DNA of 63,646 nt, filler included, from Craspedostauros australis (taxonomy: Eukaryota): assembly GCA_030167865.1 (NCBI GenBank). It is 9 parts of 9 records of this genome, joined end to end, with 100 filler letters (N's around TTAATTAATTAA, not from the genome) between each part and the next. Parts side by side here need not be neighbours in the genome. Positions count along the whole stretch, not along the records: positions 20,746 to 46,934 come from JALAGF010002813.1; positions 47,035 to 58,033 come from JALAGF010002814.1; 7 more parts are not named here. One strand, 5' to 3'. Made by a program: the position numbers and the translations under genes. The notes under the pieces were generated by a model. It had not been told where the DNA came from. It was given only the letters and a program-made list of their open reading frames with translations, and ran no database searches. How positions within the stretch are numbered: the stretch's first letter is position 1; the number at the start of each line of letters is the position of its first letter. Shown one piece after another: positions 36,029 to 49,274 of the stretch.

Positions 36029-38318
36029 GTTGGATCACTTTGGTTGGTTCAACCTTGACGTTGTTTGTGTTGCGTTGAGTTGACAAGTGGCTTGCTCTGT
36101 TTTATGTGAGACCTCTTGCGTTTCTCTTCTTGCATGTCTCTGGTTGTGCATCTGTTGGATGCGTCGTGCACTCCCTGGCGTCGACGTGCATGACATCGCG
36201 TGAATGTTGCACAGTTCTTCGTGTCAGTGAGGATGAAAGTCATTTCCCGCACTCGCTTCGAGTGACCATGTTGATGATGGATGCGTTTGCCGGACTTTCT
36301 GTTGGCTTAAAGCCCCTCTCCCTGATCTCGCGGATGGCATGGATAGTACGGTAGGTCGTCCAGTGGCAGTTAGGAAGACCGCTGTATGGAGTACCACATA
36401 CTCTCCCCATTCTCCATCTGTTTCCGTCATGGAAGGATACGCGCATCCACCTCACCCGAAACGGCAGAAACGCCACCGTTGATCCTCCCAAGGCGACGAG
36501 ATCAAGGAAGATTACTTCATGCGAGATAGGGCCGTAGTTCGCACTCCCAGGTATAGCAAAGGATGTTGCCAACACAGGAAGGACAATTGAATTCGCGCCA
36601 ACTGTGGGCAGTTGGAAAGCCGACCATGACGAACGCGCCGTTCACTGATGTTCGCCTCCGCGTTGATCGGCGTGACATCTCATGCGGCAAACACGTGTTT
36701 GGGATCATTGAGGTTCGGCGAAGGCCTGGATGAAACTGAGCATTAATTGTGCTATTCCGGCACAAGTGTCCACATCCCACGTCAATCGCAAGCGGCTGCA
36801 CCATCGTCTTCATCGTGTCTTGTTTGAGTTAGTATTCTCCACATGGGGAAGCGTGTGACTGCAACTGTAACTGCTGAATAATAGCTGGAGCTGCGAAGGT
36901 TGCAGCCGAAGACGTTGACCACCCCAGATTGGTCGACTCTGAGGCATGCTTCGTCTGCGTTCATGAACCTCATCCCATCCCATCCACGACGCAACACAGC
37001 CGCCAGTCTCTCCAGAGAGAGAGAGAGAGAGAGACGATGGAAGACTGCGAGCATGTGCGACCCTTCCGTTCACTTCGAGTGTTTGGTGCAATGCGATACG
37101 ATGCCGTGCGCCGAGGGATGAAATGCGGTTGATGAGAATGAACATCTCTCTTTCTAGATTCGTTGGTAGTGCTGCGAAAGTGCAACCACGAGTGCTGAGT
37201 CACGAGATACATTGTGTCTTTTTGATTTCGCCCATCTGTTCTTCATGATGTCGCAGGAACAACGACACATCTGTCCCGCAGATGATCGACATCACCACAC
37301 CGTTTCGTGTCGCACAATGTGTCTCAAAACGTGTCTGACTGTACATTCCAGTAGTATTCGACAGTGATGACGAGATGGGTGGACTAGTCCGACAGTGAAG
37401 AAGAAGAACACCATTCGTTCCCCAGCGAAGCTCTGCCCAATTTCGTCACGTGTTGTGTGTGTTTTCATTTGCGCACGTGTTCCTTGTGTGTTGCGTGTCC
37501 GCTCAACCTGGGGTTACGTCGCCACCTTGATAGAGCGCAGCTGGCCACAAAATCACACGCATGGCCCAAGCACAAGTGCAACTCCATTCACTCCACACCA
37601 GCCATGAAGAGCGTCGGAGAGTGTCGGCATCGGACGACTTCCAAACACTGCACTGTACTGCGCCCCATTCCATTCAATCCCATTCATTCTCATTCATCAC
37701 CCATCCACCACCATTGGTACAGCCCATAGCTCGCAGCCCGTCACACAAGAGAAGGTCAACCAACCAGGAAAGACACACACAAAGAGAGAGGGAGAGACCA
37801 CAAACACCGAGAGACACAACATCGTTGCGAATTCTGCTGCTTTCGTCACTCTGCAAAAGATCGGGGATTTGAGGAAGGCCTTGGGGTCACAACAAGGGAG
37901 AGAGGAATTCGTGAAGAAGGTGGAAAGCCGAGGCAACAGGAGCAGTATCAGTGCGGCAGTACCAACATCCACAAGCATCGCACTTTGACAGGAAACCATT
38001 GCAAGGGCAGTTGGCAAACCAAGAGATCTGCCTGCTGCACGCGACAGAGAGAACACTTGAAGTTGAGTTGGCTGAACAAGGAACACAGCAGTAGCAACAG
38101 GACAGGCAACAGGACAGGCAACACACGCAACAACCGCAATCAAACAGAAAGTCTATCCTTGTCGCAGGCGTTGGAAGCTTTGTGAGTTCAGCGTGACAAG
38201 CACTCTACTCTTCTCGGAACACATACTCTCGAGGACTTGTATCAGACGACGATCCAATCCAATCCACCACCACCCTCCACGCACGAACCCGATCTGCTTC
38301 AACATCCACCCTTGCAAC

Positions 38319-39668
38319 ATGAAGATTCGATCCGATTTTCACAGCCAAGCCGTCGTGGCCAGAACAGGCGAACGCCGCAAGATGCATTCATCAGCCGTGA
38401 CTGTGACTACCACAGTTTCACCAGCGCGCTCGCAGCATCTTCGAGACAACAGGCGAAAGCGCGACCAGGTGTCCGGCATGGCCTTTGCCGACCGGCTCTC
38501 TGCATCGCTCCCCCATTCGGACAGCGCAAACGAAGACGCAGGCTCGGTTTGCACGCAACGAACGACACAGTCGTACTCCAGCAACCTCTCCGTGTCCACC
38601 ACCACGTCCGCCTCCTCCTTCTCCTCCGCCTCAACTTCCTCTTCTGCATCCATGGGCCTTCACTGCTCCGCATCCGCCACCTTCTTGTCTCCGCAGGAGC
38701 AATGCATACAGGAATCACCCTCCGTGACGGAAGATGGATGCAATCACCCCGAAGATGATCATGATGACATCAACGCCGACGCCGCCCAGAACGACATTGG
38801 CATTCGTATTGATGATGTTCCAGCTTCTCCAACCGGGCTGCCTCTCGCTGCTCCTCGACAGGATCGTCAGCTGTCGCCAACCGACAAGCGCGGAATCTCC
38901 AACCGAGCCAGCGACAACGAAGAAGAGCCGCGCAGCCCTCCTGCCAGGCGCTCCTTCTTTCCTCGCTATTGGCGTGCCACCAAGCGATCTCCGCTTAAAT
39001 TCATCAAGTTTGCCTCGCTTCCACCAAGCTTCGTTCCAACAGGTCACCATGCCAACAGTGGCGAGCAGAACCGTCGCACGAACAGCAATGCAGCACATGC
39101 TCGTGATCCGCGGTCGTCTCGCCGATCCACATCGGATAGTTGCAGGGTGCAAACCCCACAGAACGAAGCCCTCCGCACAAGCAGCATCAGCACCGAACAC
39201 GATGACGACCAGAGCGCAAACAACAACAACGATAGTCCATGCAGCCAACAAACCAGTCCTTCCCAACGCCGTTCGATCCTCCCGCGGCATTGCTATGCAT
39301 CGACACCGTCCTTGCCCACCGCTGGCCGCGAAGGCTCACGGCTTCTCGCCCACCGCGGATCACTGGATGCCATGTCCAGGAAGAACCAGCGTGGCATGCA
39401 GTGCCGCAAATCCGTTTCCACCTCCCAGCTCGTCTGCCGACGATCGTGCTTGCGGCAAGCGAGATTTTCGGGTTGCGTCTCGGAACGCCGCAAATCCGCG
39501 AGCCAACCCACCGACACATCCAGCAAAGGCAAATCAAACAACCGCGACAGCACACTGACCAGCAGCAATAGCGTCGTGCGATTCGACAGCAACGTGCATA
39601 TCCAGATCTTCGTGCGCCCGATGGAGCAGTACGCTTCCACAGATTGGGCAAACCTCTTCGCCCATTAA
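38319..39668 (+). CDS. Ser/Arg-rich, largely disordered hypothetical protein
   Basis: Long ORF (first ATG at 38319); C-terminal SCLR...VVRFDSNVHI resembles SILK/RVxF-like PP1-docking motifs (tentative). Confidence 0.65.
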   Translation: MKIRSDFHSQAVVARTGERRKMHSSAVTVTTTVSPARSQHLRDNRRKRDQVSGMAFADRLSASLPHSDSANEDAGSVCTQRTTQSYSSNLSVSTTTSASSFSSASTSSSASMGLHCSASATFLSPQEQCIQESPSVTEDGCNHPEDDHDDINADAAQNDIGIRIDDVPASPTGLPLAAPRQDRQLSPTDKRGISNRASDNEEEPRSPPARRSFFPRYWRATKRSPLKFIKFASLPPSFVPTGHHANSGEQNRRTNSNAAHARDPRSSRRSTSDSCRVQTPQNEALRTSSISTEHDDDQSANNNNDSPCSQQTSPSQRRSILPRHCYASTPSLPTAGREGSRLLAHRGSLDAMSRKNQRGMQCRKSVSTSQLVCRRSCLRQARFSGCVSERRKSASQPTDTSSKGKSNNRDSTLTSSNSVVRFDSNVHIQIFVRPMEQYASTDWANLFAH

Positions 39669-40692
39669 CTGCGAATGGCCGGGATGTGCGCGACGATGTC
39701 AAATCGTGTCGGCATCGAAGCTTGCGCACATGCACTGTATATAACAAACGCTCACATACTTCAAAAATGAACACGCGGCTGCCTCCTCGCCACTGGACGC
39801 TTCACACACTCTTCTAATATATTAATAGACATGTATGATTATCCGCGTCCAACAAACAATTGTCGTCTTTGTCTCCGGTTCAATTCAAGGCATAGTGGCA
39901 ACTCGCAAAAAGATATGCCAGCAGGGATGATTATCGGAGTGAGCTGTTTTCTGGCTCAAGATTTTGGCAACGCATCAACAACCAACTCATCTCCTCGCAT
40001 GTGTGTGTGCGCACCATTCCAACACCCATCTCTCTTCGCCTATTGGCTTTGATCTTGTGTAGTAACTGTTCTAATACCTTTTAACGAAGTATTGTCGGGC
40101 ATCGCCCGACACTTGTTAAAACTACTTTTTGACACGGGGAGGATCCCTTGTGCTTGCACAACATCCATCCACAAGGATGGTCCTGGCATTTCACACACCG
40201 CCTTGACTGTCCACCACCCCCCATCCAACTCCCCCCACAAACACAATCCATCAACAACAAACTCCCACTTTCTCACAACCAGCCATCATCGCAGCTCATT
40301 GGGTGGCAACACTTCGCTCCCTGATCTGGCGTGCCCTATCATTCCTCTCGTGCTTTGCTTCTACCCGCGTCAGCACAAGCAACTGCGGTCGTCCGTACGT
40401 GTTCCACAATTCGAACGGTGATGGTACATCCGCGTGAGTACACGACAAGCAATCGATGGTTGTTGCGATACACGATCCTACATTCTGGAGTGTAGTACTA
40501 CTAGCAACCATGCTCCGATTGGTTTTTCTGCGACTACTCTATTGTGGAACACGCGTACTTGGAAGAGGAGGATTGCATAATGCTGCCATTGTCGTTGCTG
40601 TTGCTGTTGCTATTGACATTACAAAAGACCGCTCCGTTGTCTCACATGCAATCCATCCTCTCTATTCTCTCCATTCTCGCTCTTTTCTCGCT

Positions 40693-42322
40693 CTAGCAAC
40701 CTTCAGGAATGTTCTTCAACACCTCCGATCCGATGTTGCCACCAGAGTGCAGCTGCTTTCCGTCGGCAACCAACGTGAAGCCGTCTCCGCTGATGCCATC
40801 ACCGAAGGCATCGAAGAAATCAAAGTAAGTGCAGCGATCACGTGGAACGCATGCCTTGTATTCAGGATACTCAGTGTTGGACCTAATGAAGCCAGACTCG
40901 TTCCAGTACTCTGTGCTCGAATCTTGAGAGTCATACATCATGAAGGATGTGTCTTCTGGGAAATCATCGGTGCGGAGCTTCAACGTGACAGGGATGCAGG
41001 AGCTGTTGTCATCGCCATCGTCGCCACCATCACCGTTGTTGTTGTCATTCTCATCATCGTTGTTTCCACCTCCTGTGCCACACAGCTCGGATGGTACTTT
41101 GGACATGTCACATGCATTCTCCTGCGGGTGTACGAGTATTGGGAGAGTGGGGAAGAGTACAATAGAATAGAATGGAATGGAATAGTGAGCTCGTTGTTGT
41201 GATCATACCATATATCTTTGCATACTCACCATCCATGCCACACTCTTTCATGCTTCAACCATACTTCGAGCATGCTTCCATCATGCATTGGCATGCATGC
41301 ACCCACTCGGATGTACGTACCTTGATCCAGTCGTACGTGTTGCTCACACGAGCATACACACCAGGATATCGCTGCTGAGCACAACCGATACCCCAAGACA
41401 CCACGCCCACCTGGACACGCTCGCCACCCTCGGCCACAAACACGGGACCACCAGAGTCACCCTGACACGAGTCCTTGGCACCCTGGTGGACACCATCCTT
41501 CACGAAGCCAGCGCAGAACTCCGCCTCATCGCTGACCTGTCCGTTGTATCTGTCCTGATCGTTACACCACGCAGTATCGACTTGCTGGATGTCCAGCTCC
41601 ATCAGAGTCTCCGATGGGGAGCCACCGTCCGATGTGTCTCCAAAACCGATCACCGTCATGGTCTGCGGATTTCCCGAGCCATCCGTACCTGGAGTGCCGA
41701 ACTTGCTGTTGATCTTCATCATGGGCACATTGGATGGTGCAGGATTGGATAGACGGAAGAGCATGATGTCGTTGATCTGAGTGGCGGCGTAGTCTGGATG
41801 GACGCGCTTGTCATCGATCTTGCGTGCGTTGGGTCCTGTTGGCTGGTTCCATGCGAACTCATCGTACGCGCTGATGATAGCGTCCATTCCGATGGTCTGA
41901 TCGGAGTCGCAATGTGCCGCGGTGAGGACGATGTCGGGTGCGATGAGCGATCCGCCGCATCCCACGGCCCAATGGACGAACTCTGGGTACTCTCCCTTCG
42001 TCGCCTCGTTTCCTCCCACGATGTGCGTCTCATAGTTGTTGGCGTTGATGGAGTGGGTGCGCTTGTTGTGGGTTGGGCTGCTGCCATGTCCATGCCTCTT
42101 TGGACGATCTCCGCCACGCGTGGTCTTCTTCGCGTTGGTGTGAGAATCATGATGATGCGGAGCAGAACCGTTGGTCCGGGCACCGCCTCTGAGTGCGCGT
42201 CCTTCGGTGTCATGTTGGGAATCACGGCCGGCGGCAGGATGATGGTCTGTTGCCGATGCGGCGATGTTTGAGGCAGTCGCGATGATTGCGATGAAGATGG
42301 GAAGGGCTGATGAAAGCTTCAT
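40693..42322 (-). CDS. Secreted trypsin-like (S1) serine protease with a C-terminal accessory domain (exons 42322-41321 and 41121-40693)
   Basis: Signal peptide, RAL/LRG propeptide motif, IVGG, LTAAHC, NDIML, DSCQGDSGGP. A GTACGT...CCGCAG intron gives YDWIK|ENACD. C-terminal TDDFPEDTSF...DAFGDGI module. Confidence 0.95.
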
Positions 42323-43957
42323 GGTTGCTCGTTCGTTGGTGTTGGTGTTGGTGTTGGTGTTGAGCGTATGTGTTGATGGCGAGTGCGAGTACGTTGTTGT
42401 TGTGATGTGCTGATATTGTTGCTGTTGAATACGATTGGATTTTATGAGATGAGATGAGAAGAGACGACGAGGGATGGAATCCACTCCCTGGAGGAGGTTT
42501 CATTCCACTCATTCATGTATTCCTGCATTCACTCGTTCGCTGGTGCAGGAGGAGTATGCAGGACTGCTGCTGCTCTGTCGCTTGTGCATGGCGCATCTCG
42601 ATCGATCATCGAATTGGGTCCATTGCGAGATGCATGTCGGCGCAGGACTACAATTGGTTGCGGATTGCGAAAGCAAGATCCATCTCGATGGCACTTTGCT
42701 CGAGCGGGTGATCCGCCGACTGTTGCATCTACTTGAGCATGCCGGTATGTACTCTCACTCTTCTGGAGTGCTCGTAGTATGTATCCATCATGGCAATTGG
42801 TCTTGCTTCTCACCCGTACCCCCAGTTTCGTTCGTGCCGAGACTCCAGCGAATCGTTTGTTGTGATGGATTGGAGCGTCAATTCAATAGCACCAACAATA
42901 CTAAAAGGGATAATAGTGCTAATAGTGCTAATAGTGTGAATAATGTTAATACTACCAGCGGTGCCGATTGTTGGTACTGGTATGAACGACATCGTTTGAG
43001 TATTGGTCATGGGATGAGTAGAAGATGTGATGCGATGTGATGTGTTGAATTTGTGGCGTTGGTTTTGTTCGACATCGGGAATGACTGGGTGCGACGCTCG
43101 CGTGTTGTGATTGGTGACTGTAACCGACAGGCGCAACAAGATCAAGAACTGAATCGAGTGATCTCACTAAGTGAAATAGCTACAAATATCGCACACTCGT
43201 GGTTTGGTCCCGTATTGTTCGGCTCAATGTCCACTTGTCGTCCTTTGTTGAGACAACTCTTGTCCAACGAGTGAACAGCGCGCTGTTGCACATAATAGGG
43301 TGTCCCTATACAGTATTCAATCGAGTTGTCAATGATTGTTGGATTCAGTGTGTCCCTCATCTCCCGATCCAATGAGCGGTATCACTGATCTTCGCAGATT
43401 CTCCATTCTTCTTGGCCATTCTAGTCGATTCCTCGAACGTCATGGAATACAAACGCGCTCACAGCTCAAGTATCTTCTAGCGAAAACACCATGCCATGGA
43501 TAGTTCCCGAGCAGGATATCAACATCTCCGAAGCAAGCCAACGCATTCGTATGCCGAACCGAATCATCGTGACAGCCGTCTTCATACCATACCATGCAAT
43601 TGCAACCTTCGCTCCTTCCCCGCATGACCCATCCGTGTCCACCACCTCCATGGCATCATCTGGTTGACGCCTTCTTCGAACTTCATGGATCAACAGCAGT
43701 GTTGGATCCTGCCATTCGCAATGTCGACGTATCTGCCCAACCAACCATCATGGAATGATGCTCAAGGCACAACACTTGATGGATGGTTGATGATGCATGG
43801 GTTGTCGTTGGATCTGTGATGGAGAGATGAACTTGAATTGGAGCCATTCCATCAATCTCATAAAATCAAATCGCATTCAAACCAATACACAATACAAACA
43901 GCCACCCCACAAGCAACACATCAACATATCAACAACAATCAACGGCCCACTTCCAAA

Positions 43958-44533
43958 ATGACCGTCTTCCCAAACCAAACCGTCCCAGCCCTCACCCTCC
44001 CGACCATCTCTGGTGACACATTCAACCTCCATGACACCATCGTGAAGAACAACACCAAGGTCACACCCAATTCCGACACTGCTGAGCACAACTACACCCT
44101 TCTCGCCTTCTACCGTGGCATCCACTGTCCCATCTGCCTTGGCCAGCTCAAACAGATCGAGGCCTACTACTCAGATCTCCTCAAGGCCAACATGAGCATC
44201 GTTGCCATCTCCATGGATACAAAGGAGAAGGCAATCGCCATGAAGGACGCAGTTGTTGACAATACCGACACAAAGCTGAAGCTTCCATTGGCATACGGCC
44301 TCACCGCAGAGCAGGCCAAGGAATGGGGACTGTACATGTCGGCTGGTCGCCCAGATACTGCTGAGCCCAGTGTGTTTTCGGAGCCTGGTTTGTTTGTGGT
44401 GGATGGCAACAAGAACCTGTTCTTCGAGGTGACACAGTCAGCGCCATTCAGCCGTCCAAACATTGAGGAGTTGATTGGTGGTCTATCATGGGCCCGTGCC
44501 AACCACTACCCGGCTCGTGGTCAGATGCATTAA
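43958..44533 (+). CDS. AhpC/TSA peroxiredoxin-like thioredoxin-fold protein, bacterial type
   Basis: FYRGIHCPIC (CxxC), VAISMD, FSEPGLF, PFSRP, YPARG. Confidence 0.88.
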   Translation: MTVFPNQTVPALTLPTISGDTFNLHDTIVKNNTKVTPNSDTAEHNYTLLAFYRGIHCPICLGQLKQIEAYYSDLLKANMSIVAISMDTKEKAIAMKDAVVDNTDTKLKLPLAYGLTAEQAKEWGLYMSAGRPDTAEPSVFSEPGLFVVDGNKNLFFEVTQSAPFSRPNIEELIGGLSWARANHYPARGQMH

Positions 44534-45800
44534 GCTGCACTGAATTGAAGACATGGGTGGGCCGCAGACGTTGCATGCTGTTGCGTGTGGGTATTTGGAT
44601 CTTGATTCCACAACGGATGGCTTGAACAAGAGGTGGGTGTACACGATGCAGTTGACAAAACGATCCTGCATCCATAGGTCGCATTTGTACCATAGTATTC
44701 CACAATAGTACGCATGGACGACGGGGTGAACAACGGGATGTATGAATGAACGGACCGTCGGATGAGGCAGTGCAGGAATGATGCAATGTGACGACGACGC
44801 AACGAATGAAGTAACGAAAGAAACAATTAACGATATAGAGCATAGCATAATGTAGTAGTACAGATCATGGTATGCGTGGATTGGATTGCAGTACCAATAC
44901 TCGGATGCCTCCGGAAAGCGCGACGACTCCAAACAAAGAGAGAGAGAGAGAGAGAGAGAGGAGAAGAAGAAGAAGAAGGTCGTATTCAGCTAGACGGATG
45001 ACTGTATCGAATGGTCTCAGTAACTGAAAGAAATACGCAATTACCGCAACTCCACATCTTCTCTTTTCTCGCAACCACATCATTTCGATTGAGAATCCTC
45101 TGTCTCAACCACACACACATTGAAGTGTTCGGCAGGTGCCGGCAATCAAGATGGTGTGGTGGTCTGCGATGTGCAGCGAAGCGCGTCTGCAATGACGCAT
45201 CGAGACTCTCATGGGACAAGGGCAAGATCAAAAGCAAGAGCGGAGGAACAGAGAGGGGCACGGGCTGGGGTGGGCCAATGTCATTTTGATTGGCGAAGGT
45301 TCAGCAACATCATGGGCAACGTCGCACACGACCAAAACGCGATGCGAACGGACCCATCCTGCATGCGGAGGGCAGTCGGTGCTTTCTGATACTTCGTTTC
45401 CAACTTGGAGATACTCACAGACTTCAATCGCAGTTGAGATCAGTGTGCAATTCAAGGCGATGCGAGGCATGACGCTCTACGTACCTTACGGCTACGCATG
45501 TTCCCTCTTCAGCCACAGGTTCATTCTGCGTGATACTCTGATCAGTCCGCAATCGCATTCACACGTCGTTTCTGAGTGAAGGCTGGTTGAAAGAAACATG
45601 AGGTGAAAGAGGGATCCTTCGCTAGTCGGAATGGCACGGACGAGGCAGCACCACACACAGAACCAAGCATGGGCTGCACCACTTCAACAGACTAAGCCTT
45701 GCCCTTTGGCATCGTTTGGAGGCAACACTGGAGGTAAAAGGATTGTTACCACTACTCTTTCCCACAAAATCAATAGAATCCAATTCGAATAGGAAAGAAA

Positions 45801-45871
45801 GGCAACAACAATAGCAACAACAATGGCAACAACAATGGCAACAACAATGGCAACAACAATGGCAACAACAA
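45801..45871 (+). repeat. 12-bp tandem repeat (ggcaacaacaat)n upstream of the Cys-rich paralogue
   Basis: About 6 units visible. Confidence 0.9.
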
Positions 45872-45912
45872 TCTCCATCACTCGGATACATAAGCACAAC
45901 ACGAAAATCAAG

Positions 45913-46934
45913 ATGATCAACATCAAGACAATCATCATCACCACTCTCCTTGTCACCTTCATGACAATGGCAGAAGCGCGCCTCTCTGGAGAGAAGACCG
46001 CAGACACAGTCGATGAGATGCACCTGGCGTTACAAGCTACTCGCACCCTCAAGACTGCTTTGGGCTTCGGCAACAACAAGAGTGCCAAAACAAATAAGAA
46101 CGGCATCCTCGAACCCTCCATTCCGCCATCACCAATGCCTTCAACTTCCAAGGAGGCTACAAATCTCACCGCCACGCCCACATGGATTCCAAGCGCCCAT
46201 CCAACGGCCGATCCCACACGCTCTCCGACCTCCCCGCCCATGGCTGCACCGACCGCGCCACCAACATCATCTCCGTCCTCTTCCCCGATGGACTTCGATT
46301 CCAGCATCTCCGTTGCCTGCAAGCCTGACGGCGTCACCATCCTCACACCAGAAGAGGTCAAACCCAAGACCATCATCTGCAATTCTGCCAAGCCATCATG
46401 CCGCGAGGCAGTGACCGCTGTGAGGGAATCCACAGCGCTCCAGAACTTCTTCGGATGTGCAGGGAACTTGGGAGAAGGCGCGGCGCGCAAGCTCTTTCAC
46501 AAGTACGCAACCAGCGATATCCTTGCTGAGCAACTCACTCTGGTGGCGGCCACCAAGACCGTCTTCGTCACTGAGCGACCGGATGCGATGAAGGCGGCAT
46601 GCATGTCCATTGCAATGGCCCTGTCTCCTCCCGCTGCCAATCCATGCTGCCAAGGATTGGCAGGGTGCACCTCAATCACCGCTTCTGCTTCCAACTCCAA
46701 CTATCCGCCATTCATGACCATTGCCGTCACTGCGTGTGTCGGTGACAGCGCATGCAAGGACATGGGACCGAATCCTCTCATCCTCGACGCCTCTTGCACT
46801 GGCGTGAGTGCATGCGAATCCATGAATCGGAACGAGATCAACCCTTTCATCACCGGAGTGACGTTCGTTGGTGAAGGCGCATGCACCAGCACGCAATCCT
46901 GTGAGGGGGTGGGACATCGATCACATGGTGATGT
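45913..46934 (+). CDS. Paralogue of the 2658-5327 mucin-like Cys-rich secreted protein (truncated by gap)
   Basis: Signal peptide, RTL motif, PTS tract, then FDSSISVAC..KTIICNSAKPSCREA..QNFFGCAG..DSACKDMGPNPLILD, nearly identical to the first copy. Confidence 0.92.
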
Positions 46935-47034
46935 NNNNNNNNNNNNNNNNNNNNNNNNNNNNNNNNNNNNNNNNNNNNTTAATTAATTAANNNNNNNNNN
47001 NNNNNNNNNNNNNNNNNNNNNNNNNNNNNNNNNN

Positions 47035-48308
47035 GGTGCCATCCACGACAAGAGGGAATGCCACACCCCGAAACGGTTGCGGTACGCGTCGTTGCGGGCC
47101 TTGCGGAAGACGGCACGCACACGCGCGCTGCCGCGACCCACGTACATTTCACAAAAATCGCTGCCGCTGCAGACGAGGAAGGCATCGCAGTTGGCCTCCC
47201 CGGCCACCGCCTTGGCGAGCAGGGTCTTGCCCGTGCCGGGCGGTCCGTGCAACAGCACACCACGCGGTGGTGTGGCGCCGAGCTGCTGGTAGTGCCGCGG
47301 ATTCTCGAGGTAGGACACGATCTCGTACAGCTCCGGGATGACGTTGGGCAAGCCCGCAACATCGCGGAAGGTGGTCTGCTGACGGCGATGCGGCGTGACG
47401 TTGGACAGTATGTCTTCTCCGCCATGCATGTTCTTGAGCATGCGGTAGGCGAAGGCGAGGTACACGAAGGGCAGCGCGACGAGCAGAGCGGCGGATGCTT
47501 TGGACGACAGCGACTGCGGCAGGGCCGCGATGTCGGGACACCCGCCACGCGACAAGGCATCCATGAGATCCGCCTGGATGGACGGGCTGTTGGGCGGCAG
47601 GGTGGATCGCTTCCACTTGCCGTGCAGCTGAAAGATGATCGTCGTGGAATCCACGAGGGCCCGCTTGACGACCCCGACCAACGCCGCATCGCGCAACCAC
47701 GAGATGGGCACCTCCTTGGCACCAGCGTAGTCGGGTCGCCGCAGCGCCGCCAGAATGACGGGAATGAGGAGCCGCATGCGTTGTCGCAACGGTCGTCTCA
47801 AGCTGTAGATGGAACCCACGCCGATGGCCAGCAATCCAGCGTATAGGAACGATCGTCTGCGCCGCGATGGTCGCTGGCTGTCATCATACTCGTAATCCTC
47901 GGCGCGAGTGAGATGATCGAAGCTGCTGCTGTCTTGATCGGATCGATTGACGGAAGCCGTGCCCCTGTGATGGTGGCTATGGTGGTTATGATGATGATGA
48001 TGGTCGGAGCTGACTCCCAGGACGCACTGCAGCGCCACAATCACCTGGTGCCTCCAATCCGATCTGCGACGTTTCGCCGATCTTTGTGCCGATTCCGTCT
48101 TTGGATCCAGAAGAAGATCGAACGGCTTGAGGAGGTCATCGCCGACTTCGGATCCTTCCGTCTGAGTGATGGAGTCATTCGTTGCGACCATGGTGTGATG
48201 TCTGTCTCTGCCTGCGTCTCTGTCTGCGCCTATCTCTGTTTCTGTAGCTGTGGCTACATCCGTCACTGTCTCCGTATCCGTGGTGTCCAATTTGCTGTAT
48301 TTTCTCAT
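47035..48308 (-). CDS. FtsH-like membrane AAA+ ATPase, 5' part
   Basis: Two TM segments followed by Walker A; 47035-47525 is the reverse complement of 20746-21236. Confidence 0.88.
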
Positions 48309-49274
48309 CTTCGATTTCGTGCTTGTCTGTGTGCTTGCTGAGTGAACGAATGAACGAACTAATGAATGACCTCGGATGTGCCTTGCAGGCTGATGTCCTG
48401 TTCGGGGGTTGATGGGCCTGAAGAGATGTCCAGAAATAAGCGTGGCCAGGTATCGGCAAAGTTAGTTGGTGTGTTGATTCCCTCCAACACAGCGGCATGC
48501 CCCAGTCGCCATGGTGCCTCGTATCCAGGACCACCGCCCATCTCTCGCATCGAAACCAGCTGCATGGGATCCCTGCATCATCTTGGATCGGAAGGTGGTG
48601 CTTGGAGGCAGCGCCGCCATCATTCAAGCTGCCGTTGGGTTGATCCTTCGGCGTCTGCGCAAGGATGCGGCTTGCCGTTGTTGTCGATGTTGTCGATGAG
48701 GCAGCGTCATCGTCGCTTTGTCGGCTGTCATCACTGAAAGCTGGACAAACGACACAGATTCGGTTTTTGTGTTCGTAGTTTGATCCCCGAAGATAGATGA
48801 TTTCGCAGAAACAGTCTAAAGTATCTTGTGTAGATGTATGCTCTCACATGCAGTCAAACGAGTCGAGATCGAAAATGGCGCACCGCAGAACACAAAAGAG
48901 AACAAAACCGAAGAACACAGCGTTTCGCCTTCTCTCTCTTGTTTTGTTTGTGCTACAGCTGTTTCCCCTGGTGCTGCCTTTTGGTGGTGCTGGTGGAGCA
49001 TGGCAACACACAAACGAGAGCACATCAACATCCACAAAGGGCATCACAACCATACCATCACCATAGCAACAACCGTCAATTGCCAATTGCCAATTGCCAA
49101 TCGCATCGTTGGACAATCAGCATCAGACACTAAGCATCGGCAACGGCAACGATCGAAGGCGTCATTACATCCGACCTTCCCCGTATCTGATCATTGAGAC
49201 AAAGAGGATCGAGATTGCATCCGAATCCATTCCAAGAGACCCAACCTGAGCACTACTATACGTACAGCACCACC

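Noticed and set aside
44936..44977. (GA)n/(GAA)n microsatellite (also ~37014-37034)
   Set aside because: Ordinary simple repeats.
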